64,000 bases of DNA from Candidatus Uhrbacteria bacterium (lineage in GTDB: Bacteria > Patescibacteriota > Patescibacteriia > JACQRZ01). The notes beneath the pieces were generated by a model. It had not been told where the DNA came from. It searched no databases and saw only the letters and a list, made by a program, of their open reading frames with translations. The stretch covers positions 5,435-69,434 of the forward strand of contig JACPMJ010000020.1 of the NCBI GenBank assembly GCA_016186045.1, given 5' to 3'. Positions 48,061 through 58,789 of this stretch are shown piece by piece. Numbering within the stretch: position 1 is the stretch's first letter; every line of letters starts with the position of its first letter. The position numbers and the translations under genes are program-made.

Positions 48061-48187
48061 ACCTTATCCGTTGAGAATCGTATTGAAAGTCCTTTTGAGT
48101 AAGGGCTTCTTTTTTGTTTCTCAAAACGGTTCGCATGGATTGCGTCAAGCCAGATTAGCCGAAGAAGACTTTATATGGAAAAAATAG
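48053..48187 (+). pseudogene. HicA-family toxin with internal in-frame deletion
   Basis: Manual translation MPKPYPLRIVLKVLLSKGFFFVSQNGSHGLRQARLAEEDFIWKK*; the GSH motif is joined directly to the C-terminal LRQA.L..EDF helix. Confidence 0.75.
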
Positions 48188-48702
48188 TCATAGCATCTAA
48201 AAATCCAGTCAAGATCAATGCTGTCAGACAGGGTTTTGAAAAAATGTTTCCCGGCGGTGTCCGTGAATATATTGGTATCTCTGTTCCTTCAGAGGTTTCT
48301 GATCAACCATTAAGTAATGACGAGACGTTTACGGGCGCGACTCATCGGGCGATGAACGCGCAAAAAGAAATGTCAGACGCGGATTATTGGGTGGGCATTG
48401 AGGGCGGTGTTGAAAAAGTTGGCGAGGAGATGGAGGCATTTGCATGGGTTGTCATCCTATCATCAGAACGTATCGGAAAATCCAGAACGGCGACATTTTT
48501 TCTCCCAAAAGAAGTAGCCCGGCTCATCTGTGAAGGCAAGGAGCTCGGCGAGGCGGATGATATCGTTTTTCAGAGGAATAATTCAAAACAAGAAAATGGC
48601 GCGGTAGGGATTTTGACGGATAATGTTATCGACAGGACGGTATATTATGTGGAAGCCGTTGTTTTTGCCTTGATACCTTTTAAAAATAGAGAATTATATT
48701 AA
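48175..48702 (+). CDS. yjjX: Inosine/xanthosine triphosphatase
   Basis: ASKNPVKINAV, SEVSDQP, VGIEGG, ELGEADD, KQENGAVGILT. Confidence 0.92.
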   Translation: MEKIVIASKNPVKINAVRQGFEKMFPGGVREYIGISVPSEVSDQPLSNDETFTGATHRAMNAQKEMSDADYWVGIEGGVEKVGEEMEAFAWVVILSSERIGKSRTATFFLPKEVARLICEGKELGEADDIVFQRNNSKQENGAVGILTDNVIDRTVYYVEAVVFALIPFKNRELY

Positions 48703-48811
48703 TCTAATTTTAAAAAACCACAGAACAAACAATGGAAAAGTTTTTTCACCAGAAGAGGTGATGAAGATGTTGAGCGAGGGACGTTTTACCTCAATATTTT
48801 AGAAGTAGCAT

Positions 48812-49477
48812 ATGCAAAATAAAAAAATACAGTTCATTGCGGTAGATCTGCAACATGATTTTACCGCCGAAGGCGGAAGCCATTATCGGCGGCGTCCGTC
48901 TGTTGATTTTGTCAAAGGAATTTTGATGCCGTACTTGCAAGAGAAAAATATCAGAGTTTCGGAAATCATCTCAGATTATCGTAATGAGTATAATAAACGA
49001 AGCAATACCACATGTGTTCCCGGTACGTGGGGATACGCTTCTGAAATACCTGCGAAAAGCAGAAACAAAGAAGTTTGGATCAAATGCCAAAATTCTCCGG
49101 TTTGGGTAACAAAAAATATCGGCGATGCGAAAAAAGAACCAGGTAAACCATTTCAGAATCCGAAAGCATTTACACAGTGGCTCGAAAATAATGTCGGAAA
49201 ACCACAGGATGTTGGTATGGTAGTTTTATTTGGCCTGACATTGGATTGTTGCGTATTTTGTACCGCCCAAGAGCTCAGATTCAGAGGATATACCGTAAAG
49301 ATTCTTGAGGAAGCAACGGATAGCTATAGTGGCATGAAACAAGAAAAGCAGATAATCATTAATAATTATCCATTATTAAATTGGGCAAGGGGAATAAAAT
49401 GGAAAGAATTGCAAAAGATACTTTTACAAAAGATACTTGAAGTAAAGATTATCTTGGAATCGGATATTGAAAAGTAA
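48812..49477 (+). CDS. Isochorismatase/cysteine hydrolase family protein
   Basis: IAVDLQHDF, CVPGTWG, GLTLDCCVFCTA. Confidence 0.8.
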   Translation: MQNKKIQFIAVDLQHDFTAEGGSHYRRRPSVDFVKGILMPYLQEKNIRVSEIISDYRNEYNKRSNTTCVPGTWGYASEIPAKSRNKEVWIKCQNSPVWVTKNIGDAKKEPGKPFQNPKAFTQWLENNVGKPQDVGMVVLFGLTLDCCVFCTAQELRFRGYTVKILEEATDSYSGMKQEKQIIINNYPLLNWARGIKWKELQKILLQKILEVKIILESDIEK

Positions 49478-49478
49478 T

Positions 49479-50066
49479 ATGTTTCAATACATAGTTTTAA
49501 TCGGAACCGCGGTAGGATTTATTGGCACGTATGCGTATATCAGAGAGACTATTCGCGGTAAAACAAAACCGAACAAGGTTACGTGGTTGATGTGGTCGGT
49601 GGCGCCGCTTATCGCAACAGTCGCCGCCGTATCTGATGGCGTTCGCTTGGCCGTGCTTCCGGTTTTTGTTTCTGGATTTGGGCCGTTGTTAATTTTTGTT
49701 GCTTCTTTTGTCAATCCCAAGTCATACTGGAAATTAGAGACTTTTGATTATATCTGTGGAACTTGTTCTATTTTAGCACTGGTATTTTGGGGAGTTACAA
49801 AAGATCCATTGGTTGCGATTATTTTCGCAATAGCCAGCGACGGTTTTGCGGCAATGCCGACGCTGATTAAATGCTGGAAATATCCAGAGACTGAAACAGT
49901 AGAGGCGTATATGGCCGGTTTGTTCGCCGTATTGACTACTTTTTTTGCATTAAAAAAATTTGACGCGATAGAGCTGGCGTTTCCCATATATCTTGTCTTC
50001 GCGAATTCGTTGTTGATTACCGCAGTGTATATAGGCAGATCGAGGGTTTTAAGAATTTCCAAATAG
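49479..50066 (+). CDS. Polytopic membrane protein (unknown function)
   Basis: YIRETIRGKTKPNKVTWLMW...PTLIKCWKYPETE; about 7 TMs. Confidence 0.8.
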   Translation: MFQYIVLIGTAVGFIGTYAYIRETIRGKTKPNKVTWLMWSVAPLIATVAAVSDGVRLAVLPVFVSGFGPLLIFVASFVNPKSYWKLETFDYICGTCSILALVFWGVTKDPLVAIIFAIASDGFAAMPTLIKCWKYPETETVEAYMAGLFAVLTTFFALKKFDAIELAFPIYLVFANSLLITAVYIGRSRVLRISK

Positions 50067-50082
50067 GTCTATTTTATTATAT

Positions 50083-51546
50083 ATGCGTACATGGCCCCTC
50101 TCTCTTGCCGTGATTGTCTGTGGAGCTGTAGTGATGATATTTGAGCTCGTGGGTTCGCGAGTGCTGGGACCGTATGTTGGAACATCGCTTTTTGTATGGA
50201 CAAGTCTTATCGGAGTTATTTTGGGAAGCTTGAGTCTTGGTTACTACCTTGGGGGCATTGTTGCGGATAAAAAACCTACAGTGACGGCTCTTTCGGGTAT
50301 TATTTTTCTTTCAGCCGTCTTTATTTTAATAACAGTCGCGATAAAGAGTATTTTTTTGATTTTTTTACAAACCGCTATTTCGGATATCCGCGTATCATCT
50401 GTCATTGCATCTCTTATATTGTTTTCGCCGGCAAGCATTCTTCTCGGCATGGTCTCTCCGTATGCGGCAAAACTTGCACTACAAACATTAGATACATCCG
50501 GCTCAACCGTAGGAAATCTGTATGCGCTTTCTACTGCCGGAAGCATTGCTGGAACATTTCTGTCTGGTTTTTATCTGATCCCGCGCTTTGGTACAAACAA
50601 ACTTCTTATTGTCATCTCAATAGCGCTTCTTCTGACATCGTGGTTGCTTTCTTTTTGGCATAAGAGAGTACTGAAGGTGATCTTTTTATGTATTGCTCTG
50701 TCGAGTTTTATCATCGCGGATGGACTGGATGCCATTATGAGGAGTCGTGGTCTTATTGATACTGATACTGCATACAATCGCATTCAAATTTATGACGGGA
50801 TTGACGAAGAGTCGCGCGAGCCGATCCGTACTCTTTCTGTCGGTAATGAAAGAAATTCCGCGATGTTTTTACGGAAGGATGATTTGGTATATGAATATAC
50901 AAAGTATTATCATCTTGCATCTCAACTGTATCCCGGGTTCAAAAAAACGCTGATGCTGGGCGGTGCGGGGTATTCCTATCCTAAAGATTTTCTACTAAAG
51001 TATCCTGACGCGACTATGGATGTTGTTGAGATTGATCCCGGAGTGACTGCGCTTGCGAAGATATATTTTCGTCTTTCGGAAGATCCTCGACTCACTATCA
51101 TTCATGCGGATGCCCGTGAATTTCTTAATACAACACGCAAAACTTATGATGTCATTTTTGGCGACGCGTTCACATCCCATTATTCATTGCCATACCAGTT
51201 GACCACACGCGAGGCGGTGCAGAGAGAGTATGATATTTTGAATCCAAACGGAGTTATTATTCTTAATATCATTTCGTCGTTTGAAGGCGAGAGGGGATTG
51301 TTTCTTCGCGCAGAACATGCTACGTATGCCGACATTTTTCCCAGAGTCTATCTTTTTCCGGTGCAGAACAAAGAAAATGGAAACGAGGTGCAAAATATCA
51401 TACTCGTAGCATGTAAAACAAAGTGCGAACATCCGTACATGGAGCGCTATCTTGCAGAAGCGTGGAAAAAAGAGATACAAAAAGACGTACCCATCCTTAC
51501 GGACGATTTTGCGCCGGTTGATTTTTATATCAATAAATTATTTTAA
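50083..51546 (+). CDS. Fused membrane domain/spermidine synthase-like methyltransferase
   Basis: MIFELVGSRVLGPYVG, LGGAGYS, VVEIDP, DAF, ILTDDFAPVD. Confidence 0.9.
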   Translation: MRTWPLSLAVIVCGAVVMIFELVGSRVLGPYVGTSLFVWTSLIGVILGSLSLGYYLGGIVADKKPTVTALSGIIFLSAVFILITVAIKSIFLIFLQTAISDIRVSSVIASLILFSPASILLGMVSPYAAKLALQTLDTSGSTVGNLYALSTAGSIAGTFLSGFYLIPRFGTNKLLIVISIALLLTSWLLSFWHKRVLKVIFLCIALSSFIIADGLDAIMRSRGLIDTDTAYNRIQIYDGIDEESREPIRTLSVGNERNSAMFLRKDDLVYEYTKYYHLASQLYPGFKKTLMLGGAGYSYPKDFLLKYPDATMDVVEIDPGVTALAKIYFRLSEDPRLTIIHADAREFLNTTRKTYDVIFGDAFTSHYSLPYQLTTREAVQREYDILNPNGVIILNIISSFEGERGLFLRAEHATYADIFPRVYLFPVQNKENGNEVQNIILVACKTKCEHPYMERYLAEAWKKEIQKDVPILTDDFAPVDFYINKLF

Positions 51547-51632
51547 AGAAAAATAAAAACAGATTATAGCGCTCTATATGAAAATAGATGGATAGTCTGT
51601 TTTAAGGGTGGTGAGAAATGTTCTTTTGTCAT

Positions 51633-51777
51633 CAGACTGTCTAAAAACTGTCATTCCGAGCGGTCAGCGAGGAATCCCGATGTTAGAAACATGATATCAA
51701 CGGGATCCTTTCGCGGAGTTTACCCCAGACTGCGATCTGGGGTTCAGGATGACAGAAGTGAGTTTTTAGACAGTCTG
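51633..51777. mobile_element. MITE-like element with perfect 17-bp terminal inverted repeats
   Basis: cagactgtctaaaaact / agtttttagacagtctg enclose gtcattcc...ggatgac nested hairpins. Confidence 0.75.
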
Positions 51778-51884
51778 GGTACTCGGGAAAAACTCCGTGG
51801 AGGGATCTGCATTCGTTCAATGTATATCCACACAAATCCCTCCACTCCGGTCGGGATGATACAAAGCGATTTTGCGGTGTTTCT

Positions 51885-52097
51885 CTACAGTCCCACCTTG
51901 GTTTTGGAAGCTTTGACGGCGACAGCCGCTTTCTTCTTTGTTGTCTTTATACAACGCGTACAGATAAGGAGACTTTTCTCGTCAATCCATTTTTTTTGGA
52001 GATTGACATATTGTCGGCGAAGTACTTTTATGTTAGAATGACTTCTCCGGGCTGCTTTCATGGAGCTTCGATTGCAAAATGCGCATGAACGGGCCAT
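51885..52097 (-). CDS. rpmB: 50S ribosomal protein L28 (zinc-binding type)
   Basis: MARSCAFC...RSHSNIK..RRQYVNLQ...CTRCIKT. Confidence 0.92.
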   Translation of the reverse strand: MARSCAFCNRSSMKAARRSHSNIKVLRRQYVNLQKKWIDEKSLLICTRCIKTTKKKAAVAVKASKTKVGL

Positions 52098-52151
52098 ACC
52101 CATAGACAATTACAGTGAATTATTACACAATAAAGAGTATAGCAAAGAATT

Positions 52152-52826
52152 ATGGAACAGGCAATAGGTCCATTCCTTCCAGTCATTATTACGGTTGCGG
52201 CGCTCCTCATTTCTCTCACTGTCCATGAGTTTTCTCATGGGTTTGCGGCATATCTTCAGGGAGATGAGACGGCAAAGCGCATGGGGCGGCTGACACTGAA
52301 TCCCATTCCGCATATTGATCCTATCGGCACACTCCTTGTGCCTGCGCTTTTTATACTTCCGTCACTCATTCCGGGTTCAGGCGCGCCCGCGATGCTTTTT
52401 GGCTGGGCGAAGCCGGTTCCGTTTAATCCCTATAATCTTCGCGATGGGAAACGCGGCATATTTCGGGTAGGCATTGCCGGTCCACTCGCGAACGCAATTC
52501 TTTTCCTCGCATCAGGTTTTGCATTGAAATACGCGTTTCATATTGTGCAGCCGGATAATTTTTTACTTGAATTTCTGCGTGTGATGATGGGGTTGAATTT
52601 TGCCCTCATGGTGTTTAATCTTATTCCAGTGCCTCCATTGGACGGATCACAGATTTTTTTCAGTTTACTTTCTTCGCGATACAGCCATCTCCAACAAAAG
52701 GTTGAAATGTTTGGCTCGCAAGCGCTGATGATACTTCTTTTTATTGAGTTTGCGGTTTACCCAATCATAGGGACGTTTATCGGTTTTCTGTATTCGCTTG
52801 CGGTGTATGCGCTTTTTTCCTATTGA
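52152..52826 (+). CDS. Site-2 (M50) membrane metalloprotease
   Basis: HEFSH, GRLTLNP, GWAKPVP, AGPLAN, FNLIPVPPLDG. Confidence 0.95.
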   Translation: MEQAIGPFLPVIITVAALLISLTVHEFSHGFAAYLQGDETAKRMGRLTLNPIPHIDPIGTLLVPALFILPSLIPGSGAPAMLFGWAKPVPFNPYNLRDGKRGIFRVGIAGPLANAILFLASGFALKYAFHIVQPDNFLLEFLRVMMGLNFALMVFNLIPVPPLDGSQIFFSLLSSRYSHLQQKVEMFGSQALMILLFIEFAVYPIIGTFIGFLYSLAVYALFSY

Positions 52827-52851
52827 CAGGGTCGCGGATATGCGATAGCAT
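52823..52851 (+). promoter_or_regulatory. sigma70-type promoter of the str operon
   Basis: TTGACA-17nt-TAGCAT upstream of rpsL. Confidence 0.65.
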
Positions 52852-52916
52852 AAAGGGTGCGAGAGATATAAAGAGTTCGCACAAGCGGCTTTTTTATTTA
52901 TAATAAGAAGAGAAAT

Positions 52917-53327
52917 ATGGCAACGGTGAATCAGCTTATTCGCAAGGGAAGAATACGAAAAATACGGAAGACAAAATCTCCGGCGATGGAATTTACGCTC
53001 AATACTTTGCGCAGAAAGCGGACGTTTACCGCAAGCCCGTTCAAGCGGGGAGTATGTGTCAAGGTCACTACCATGACGCCAAAGAAACCAAACTCCGCGT
53101 TGCGAAAAATTGCGCGCGTTCGTCTGTCAAACGGTATGGAGGTAACGGCATATATTCCGGGTATCGGTCATAACTTACAAGAGCACTCCATCGTACTGGT
53201 GCGCGGAGGACGCGTGAAGGATTTGCCGGGTGTGCGCTATCATGTCGTGCGTGGAGTCTATGATACTGTGGGAGTCTCAACACGCAGACAGGGACGTTCA
53301 CTGTATGGAGCAAAAAAGCCGAAATAA
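52917..53327 (+). CDS. rpsL: 30S ribosomal protein S12
   Basis: [22 protein letters not shown]. Confidence 0.99.
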   Translation: MATVNQLIRKGRIRKIRKTKSPAMEFTLNTLRRKRTFTASPFKRGVCVKVTTMTPKKPNSALRKIARVRLSNGMEVTAYIPGIGHNLQEHSIVLVRGGRVKDLPGVRYHVVRGVYDTVGVSTRRQGRSLYGAKKPK

Positions 53328-53355
53328 TTTTTTTATCATTTTTTAATAGTTAGAT

Positions 53356-53835
53356 ATGCGTGGAAAACCAGCGCCAAAACGAAAGATTCTGCCTGATATC
53401 AAATATCAAAGCACGGTATTGGCGAAATTTATCAATTCTCTCATGGAACGAGGGAAAAAAGCTGTTGCGCAAAAGATCGTGTACCAAGCATTTGAAATCA
53501 TAGAAAAAAAGACCAAAGAAAAAGCATTGGATATATTTGACATGGCGCTGAAAAATGTCATGCCAATTATTGAGGTGCGCGCGCGTCGTATTGGCGGCGC
53601 AAATTATCAGATTCCTATTCCTGTGCGCGGAGACCGCAGATTTCAGCTGGCGTTTCGATGGATTATTGGCGCGGCACAGACTAAGAAAGGCCGTCCCATG
53701 GCAGAAAAACTTGCCAATGAGCTTATGGCAGGCGCACAAGGAGAAGGCGATGCGGTCAAGAAGCGCAATGATGTCCATCGCATGGCAGAGGCAAATCGCG
53801 CATTTGCCCATTTTGCACGATTTTCATCACGATAA
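53356..53835 (+). CDS. rpsG: 30S ribosomal protein S7
   Basis: RRIGGANYQIP, HRMAEANRAFAHF. Confidence 0.99.
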   Translation: MRGKPAPKRKILPDIKYQSTVLAKFINSLMERGKKAVAQKIVYQAFEIIEKKTKEKALDIFDMALKNVMPIIEVRARRIGGANYQIPIPVRGDRRFQLAFRWIIGAAQTKKGRPMAEKLANELMAGAQGEGDAVKKRNDVHRMAEANRAFAHFARFSSR

Positions 53836-53922
53836 ATATGATATAAACGGAAAGAGTCGACAGAGATGATTACGGCTCTTTCTTTATTTGTAACCCATAA
53901 CCTATTATCTGTAACTTAATGT

Positions 53923-56013
53923 ATGAGAGAATATCCAATAGAAAAGACACGAAATTTCGGCATTATTGCTCACATTGACGCCGGAAAAACTACGGTGACA
54001 GAACGCATTCTTTTTTATACTGGAAAAAAGCATAAAATCGGTGAGGTGCATCATGGGGAGGCGACCATGGATTGGATGGAACAAGAACGGGAGCGCGGCA
54101 TTACCATTACTGCCGCGGCTACCACTTGTTTTTGGGGCGGATATCGGTTCAATATTATTGATACGCCCGGACATATTGATTTTACCGTGGAGGTTCAGCG
54201 AAGTTTGCGCGTGCTTGACGGCGGCGTGGTGGTATTTGACGGCGTTGCCGGCGTAGAGCCGCAATCTGAAACAGTCTGGCGTCAAGCAGACAAGTATGAG
54301 GTGCCGCGCATTTGTTTTATCAACAAGCTTGATCGCACCGGCGCAAATTGGTTTGCAGACATGGACTCCATCCATGAGCGTCTGACAAAAAATGCGTATG
54401 CCGTCCAGCTGCCTATCGGCATTGAGGATACGTTCAAAGGAATGATTGATCTGCTTACGCGAAAGGCATATTACTATATGGATGAATTGGGAACAAAGAT
54501 TGAAGAGCGTGAGATTCCAAACGATATGAAAGAGCTGGTGGATGAGTATCGGAAAAAACTTTTAGAGGCGATCATTGAAAACGACGAGGATCTCATGAAT
54601 ACCTATCTCGCCGGCAAAGAAATTTCCGTTGAGGAGCTCAAGCGCGTTTTGCGCAAGGCGTGTATCGCACGGACTGTCATTCCGGTGCTCTGCGGCAGTG
54701 CATTAAAAAACAAAGGCGTGCAGTTCCTTTTGGATGCCGTCAATGATTATTTGCCATCTCCTGTTGACATTCCTCCGGTGAAAGGATTTCATCCGCGCGA
54801 TCCGGATATGGAGCTTGCTCGCGAAGCGCGCGATAATGAAAAATTTTGCTCACTTGCATTTAAGATTGCCGCAGATCCGTTTATTGGAAAATTATGTTTT
54901 TTTCGCGTGTATTCCGGATCAATGAAAGCAGGATCATATGTTCTCAATGCACGCACCGGCGATAAGGAGCGTATTGGCCGCATTGTGCGTATGCATGCAA
55001 ACCAGCGGGAAGAAGTGGAAGAGATTTATGCAGGTGAAATAGGCGCGGCGGTAGGACTGAAAAATACCGTCACCGGAGATACGCTGTGCGACGTGGATCA
55101 CCCAATCCTTCTGGAGTCCATTGTCTTTCCTGAGCCGGTTATCTCTGTCGCTATTGAGCCAAAAACACGCGCAGATCAGGAAAAAATGGGTATCGCGCTT
55201 TCAAAACTTGCGGAAGAGGACCCGACATTTCGTATCCATACGGATGAGGAGACGCTCCAGACCATTATTTCCGGCATGGGAGAGCTCCATTTGGATATCA
55301 TTATTGATCGCATGAAACGGGAATTTAAAGTGGAGGCGAATGTTGGGAAGCCACAGGTGGCATACAAGGAGACCATTACCAGAGAGGCGGAAGGAGAGGG
55401 AAAATATATTCGTCAGTCTGGCGGTCGCGGGCAATATGGCCATTGCTGGCTGCGCATTGAGCCGCTTGAAGCAGGCAAAGGATTCGAATTTGTTGAAGAA
55501 ATAAAAGGCGGCGCTATTCCCAAGGAATTTATTGCGCCTATTGAAAAAGGAGTAAAAGAAGCGCTGACACGCGGCGTCTTGGCCGGCTACCCGCTTATTG
55601 ATGTGAAAGTGACTGTATTTGACGGGTCATACCATGATGTGGATTCTTCAGAAGCGGCATTTAAACTTGCAGGATCATTTGCGTTTCAGGATGCCGCAAA
55701 GCAAGCAGGATTGGTACTGCTCGAGCCGATGATGAAAGTGGAGGTGGTTACCCCGGAGCAATTTATGGGCGAGGTCATCGGGGATCTTAATTCAAAACGC
55801 GGTCAGGTTCGTGAGATGACAGAACGGTCGGGTATCAAGGTGATTGATGCGTTTGTGCCATTGGCGGAAATGTTTGGATATGCCACGCAATTACGGTCCA
55901 TGACGCAAGGTAGAGCAAGTTATTCCATGGAATTTGACCACTATGAGCAGGTTCCGCGAAATGTGGTGGAACAGATTCTTACGATAAAAGGAAAGGAAAC
56001 GCGAAGAATATGA
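53923..56013 (+). CDS. fusA: Elongation factor G
   Basis: [29 protein letters not shown]. Confidence 0.99.
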   Translation: MREYPIEKTRNFGIIAHIDAGKTTVTERILFYTGKKHKIGEVHHGEATMDWMEQERERGITITAAATTCFWGGYRFNIIDTPGHIDFTVEVQRSLRVLDGGVVVFDGVAGVEPQSETVWRQADKYEVPRICFINKLDRTGANWFADMDSIHERLTKNAYAVQLPIGIEDTFKGMIDLLTRKAYYYMDELGTKIEEREIPNDMKELVDEYRKKLLEAIIENDEDLMNTYLAGKEISVEELKRVLRKACIARTVIPVLCGSALKNKGVQFLLDAVNDYLPSPVDIPPVKGFHPRDPDMELAREARDNEKFCSLAFKIAADPFIGKLCFFRVYSGSMKAGSYVLNARTGDKERIGRIVRMHANQREEVEEIYAGEIGAAVGLKNTVTGDTLCDVDHPILLESIVFPEPVISVAIEPKTRADQEKMGIALSKLAEEDPTFRIHTDEETLQTIISGMGELHLDIIIDRMKREFKVEANVGKPQVAYKETITREAEGEGKYIRQSGGRGQYGHCWLRIEPLEAGKGFEFVEEIKGGAIPKEFIAPIEKGVKEALTRGVLAGYPLIDVKVTVFDGSYHDVDSSEAAFKLAGSFAFQDAAKQAGLVLLEPMMKVEVVTPEQFMGEVIGDLNSKRGQVREMTERSGIKVIDAFVPLAEMFGYATQLRSMTQGRASYSMEFDHYEQVPRNVVEQILTIKGKETRRI

Positions 56014-56282
56014 CGAAGGAAGTTTTTGAACAGCTATGTGATATTATAGGGAAAATAGGAGGTCCATGCGTGTTTTTGTACCATGAAAAGCCGTATATTC
56101 TCTTTGATTTGCGGGCGTTTCGGACATTAGTGGATACATTGGGGACAACCAGTGGCTTGACAGTTTCTGCGCCCACAGATACAATAAACCGAGAAATTGC
56201 GCTGATTTTGGAAAAAGAGAAAACAAAAGGATTTGACAATTCTCCAGAATATGATACACTTGATCCATTCAACGCGTCATAA
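56010..56282 (+). CDS. Small hypothetical protein between fusA and tuf
   Basis: 90 aa; ATGA overlap with the fusA stop. Confidence 0.65.
   Translation: MTKEVFEQLCDIIGKIGGPCVFLYHEKPYILFDLRAFRTLVDTLGTTSGLTVSAPTDTINREIALILEKEKTKGFDNSPEYDTLDPFNAS
56233..56260 (+). promoter_or_regulatory. Internal promoter for tuf
   Basis: TTGACA-16nt-TACACT with extended -10 TG, about 60 nt before tuf. Confidence 0.65.
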
Positions 56283-56318
56283 CGCATGTTTATTTTTTAT
56301 TAACATAGAGAGAATTAT

Positions 56319-57509
56319 ATGGCAGAAAAATTTGAGCGCACAAAACCGCACGTGAACGTAGGAACCATTGGCCACGTTGACCATGGAAAGACTACGCTGA
56401 CCGCGTCAATTCTTAAGGTTCTTGCATCGCATGGTATGAAGGCGCAGGACAAAAGCGTGGATCAGATTGATGCTGCTCCGGAAGAAAAAGCACGCGGCAT
56501 TACCATTAATACTGCACACGTGGAATATGAAAGCGATAAGCGCCACTATGCGCACGTTGACTGTCCAGGCCATGCGGATTATATCAAAAACATGATTACT
56601 GGCGCGGCTCAGATGGACGGCGCAATTTTGGTGGTGTCCGCCACAGACGGTCCCATGCCACAGACGCGCGAGCATATTCTTTTGGCGCGCCAAGTAGGTG
56701 TTCCGTATATCGTCGTCTTTTTGAATAAGGTTGACATGGTGGAAGATAAAGAACTGATTGACCTTGTGGAAGAGGAGGTGCGCGATCTTTTGAAAAAATA
56801 CGAATTTCCTGGAGACACTACGCCCATTATTCGCGGGTCGGCGCTCAAAGCGCTTGAAAATCCGGGAAATGAAGAAGCGGCGAAGCCGGTATTGGACCTC
56901 ATCAAGGCGCTTGACGAATATATTCCGGAACCAACACGTGAAACAGACAAACCATTTCTTATGCCGATTGAAGACATCTTCTCCATTGAAGGCCGCGGAA
57001 CAGTAGTCACCGGAAGAATTGAGCGCGGTGTGATTCATGTGAATGAAGAAGTTGAAATTGTTGGATTTGGCGATACATTCAAGACTGTTGTGACTGGCGT
57101 TGAAATGTTTAATAAGTCCCTTGACGAGGGTCGCGCCGGAGACAATGCCGGACTCCTGCTTCGCGGAACCAAGAAAGACGAAGTGGAACGCGGCATGGTG
57201 CTTTCAAAAACAGGAACCGTGACGCCGCATTTAGAATTTGAAGCCCAGGTGTATATTCTCTCCAAAGAAGAAGGTGGACGCCATAAGCCGTTTTTCAAAG
57301 GATACAAACCGCAATTCTATATCCGCACTACTGACGTGACTGGAGAAATCGAATTGCCGGCAGGCACTGAGATGGTTATGCCGGGAGATACGATGAATAT
57401 GGCTGTCAAGCTGATTACTCCGGTGGCGCTTGAAGAAAAACAGCGATTTGCGATCCGTGAAGGCGGGTTGACGGTGGGCGCAGGAGCGGTGACTAAGATT
57501 ATCAAATAA
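56319..57509 (+). CDS. tuf: Elongation factor Tu
   Basis: [21 protein letters not shown]. Confidence 0.99.
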   Translation: MAEKFERTKPHVNVGTIGHVDHGKTTLTASILKVLASHGMKAQDKSVDQIDAAPEEKARGITINTAHVEYESDKRHYAHVDCPGHADYIKNMITGAAQMDGAILVVSATDGPMPQTREHILLARQVGVPYIVVFLNKVDMVEDKELIDLVEEEVRDLLKKYEFPGDTTPIIRGSALKALENPGNEEAAKPVLDLIKALDEYIPEPTRETDKPFLMPIEDIFSIEGRGTVVTGRIERGVIHVNEEVEIVGFGDTFKTVVTGVEMFNKSLDEGRAGDNAGLLLRGTKKDEVERGMVLSKTGTVTPHLEFEAQVYILSKEEGGRHKPFFKGYKPQFYIRTTDVTGEIELPAGTEMVMPGDTMNMAVKLITPVALEEKQRFAIREGGLTVGAGAVTKIIK

Positions 57510-57529
57510 TTATTTGTAATGGAAATGTC

Positions 57530-57886
57530 ATGTCCGCACGAAGCGCAAAAACCAAAGAGAAGACAGATCAGAAGAACGAGAAGCCAAAGATTCGGATCCG
57601 TTTGCGCGCGTATGATCATAAGATTATCGATCAGTCAGCGCAAAGCATTATTGACGCAGTGACGCGAAGCGGCGCGACCGTGCATGGTCCCATTCCATTG
57701 CCGACAGAAAAAAATACCTATACAGTGTTGCGATCAACGTTTGTAAAAAAAGATGCGCGCGATCAGTTTGAAATGCGGACGCATAAGCGCTTGATTGACA
57801 TTGTTGACGCAACAGCAAAAACCACTGAAGTTCTGACGAGCTTGAATTTGCCGGCCGGGGTTGATCTGGAGATCAAAATGACCTAA
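57530..57886 (+). CDS. rpsJ: 30S ribosomal protein S10
   Basis: [26 protein letters not shown]. Confidence 0.98.
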   Translation: MSARSAKTKEKTDQKNEKPKIRIRLRAYDHKIIDQSAQSIIDAVTRSGATVHGPIPLPTEKNTYTVLRSTFVKKDARDQFEMRTHKRLIDIVDATAKTTEVLTSLNLPAGVDLEIKMT

Positions 57887-58060
57887 TAATCCCACTGACG
57901 AACTTTCTCAGATAACCCCGTAATCGGGAAGTGTCTGTGAGAAATGGCATGTGGATGAGGTAATTAACAATCATAGAAGAAGAGAGTGATACTTAAAGAC
58001 GAGGTTTTTTGAAGATAAAAAACCAGCACTCTTGAGCGCGGGTTTTTTATATAAGATTGT

Positions 58061-58783
58061 ATGAAGGGAATCATAGGAAAAAAATTGGATATGACACAAG
58101 TATATGGAGCTAATGGCTCTGTGATTCCCGTTACCGCAGTGCAGGCAGGGCCATGTGTCGTAGTACAGATAAAAACATCTTCCAAGGACGGCTATGCCGC
58201 GATTCAGCTTGGATTCGGAGAAAAGAAGCGCATCAAAAAACCTCTTTCAGGGCATATGAAGGGAGTATTTGACGGCAAAAGTGGGCGTGGGTTTTTGGCA
58301 TTGCGAGAAATACGCACGGATGCGGATGACGGCGTTCAGCGCGGTGATCGCGTAACCGTGGAAACGTTTTCCGTGGGAGAAAAAGTTGATGTTATCGGCT
58401 GGTCAAAAGGCCGCGGATTTGCAGGTGTGGTAAAGCGTCATCATTTTCACGGTCATCCTCCAACGCATGGACACAAGGACCAAGAGCGCATGCCCGGAGC
58501 CATCGGGTCCGGCGGCATTCAGCGCGTATTCAAGGGATTGCGCATGGCAGGACGCATGGGAAATGAGCGTGTCACTGTGAAAAATCTTGAGATTGTAAAA
58601 ATTGATAAGGAAAAAGGAATTTTGTATGTAAAAGGAGCAGTTTCTGGCGCACGAAATGGTCTTGTGATTATTCAGGGGTCAGGCGATATGAAATGGGAAA
58701 AGGCATCTCATCTGTCGCACGAAAGCGTGCCAATGTCGGATGAGCCGGAGAAATCCTCAGAGCCAGTATCAGCTCAAGAATAA
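58061..58783 (+). CDS. rplC: 50S ribosomal protein L3
   Basis: GKKLDMTQ, SKGRGFAGVVKRH, RMAGRMG. Confidence 0.98.
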   Translation: MKGIIGKKLDMTQVYGANGSVIPVTAVQAGPCVVVQIKTSSKDGYAAIQLGFGEKKRIKKPLSGHMKGVFDGKSGRGFLALREIRTDADDGVQRGDRVTVETFSVGEKVDVIGWSKGRGFAGVVKRHHFHGHPPTHGHKDQERMPGAIGSGGIQRVFKGLRMAGRMGNERVTVKNLEIVKIDKEKGILYVKGAVSGARNGLVIIQGSGDMKWEKASHLSHESVPMSDEPEKSSEPVSAQE

Positions 58784-58789
58784 AAGTAT

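Noticed and set aside
49412-49438. Direct repeat caaaagatactt x2 at the end of the hydrolase gene
   Set aside because: A small local duplication in a dispensable tail; no evidence of function.
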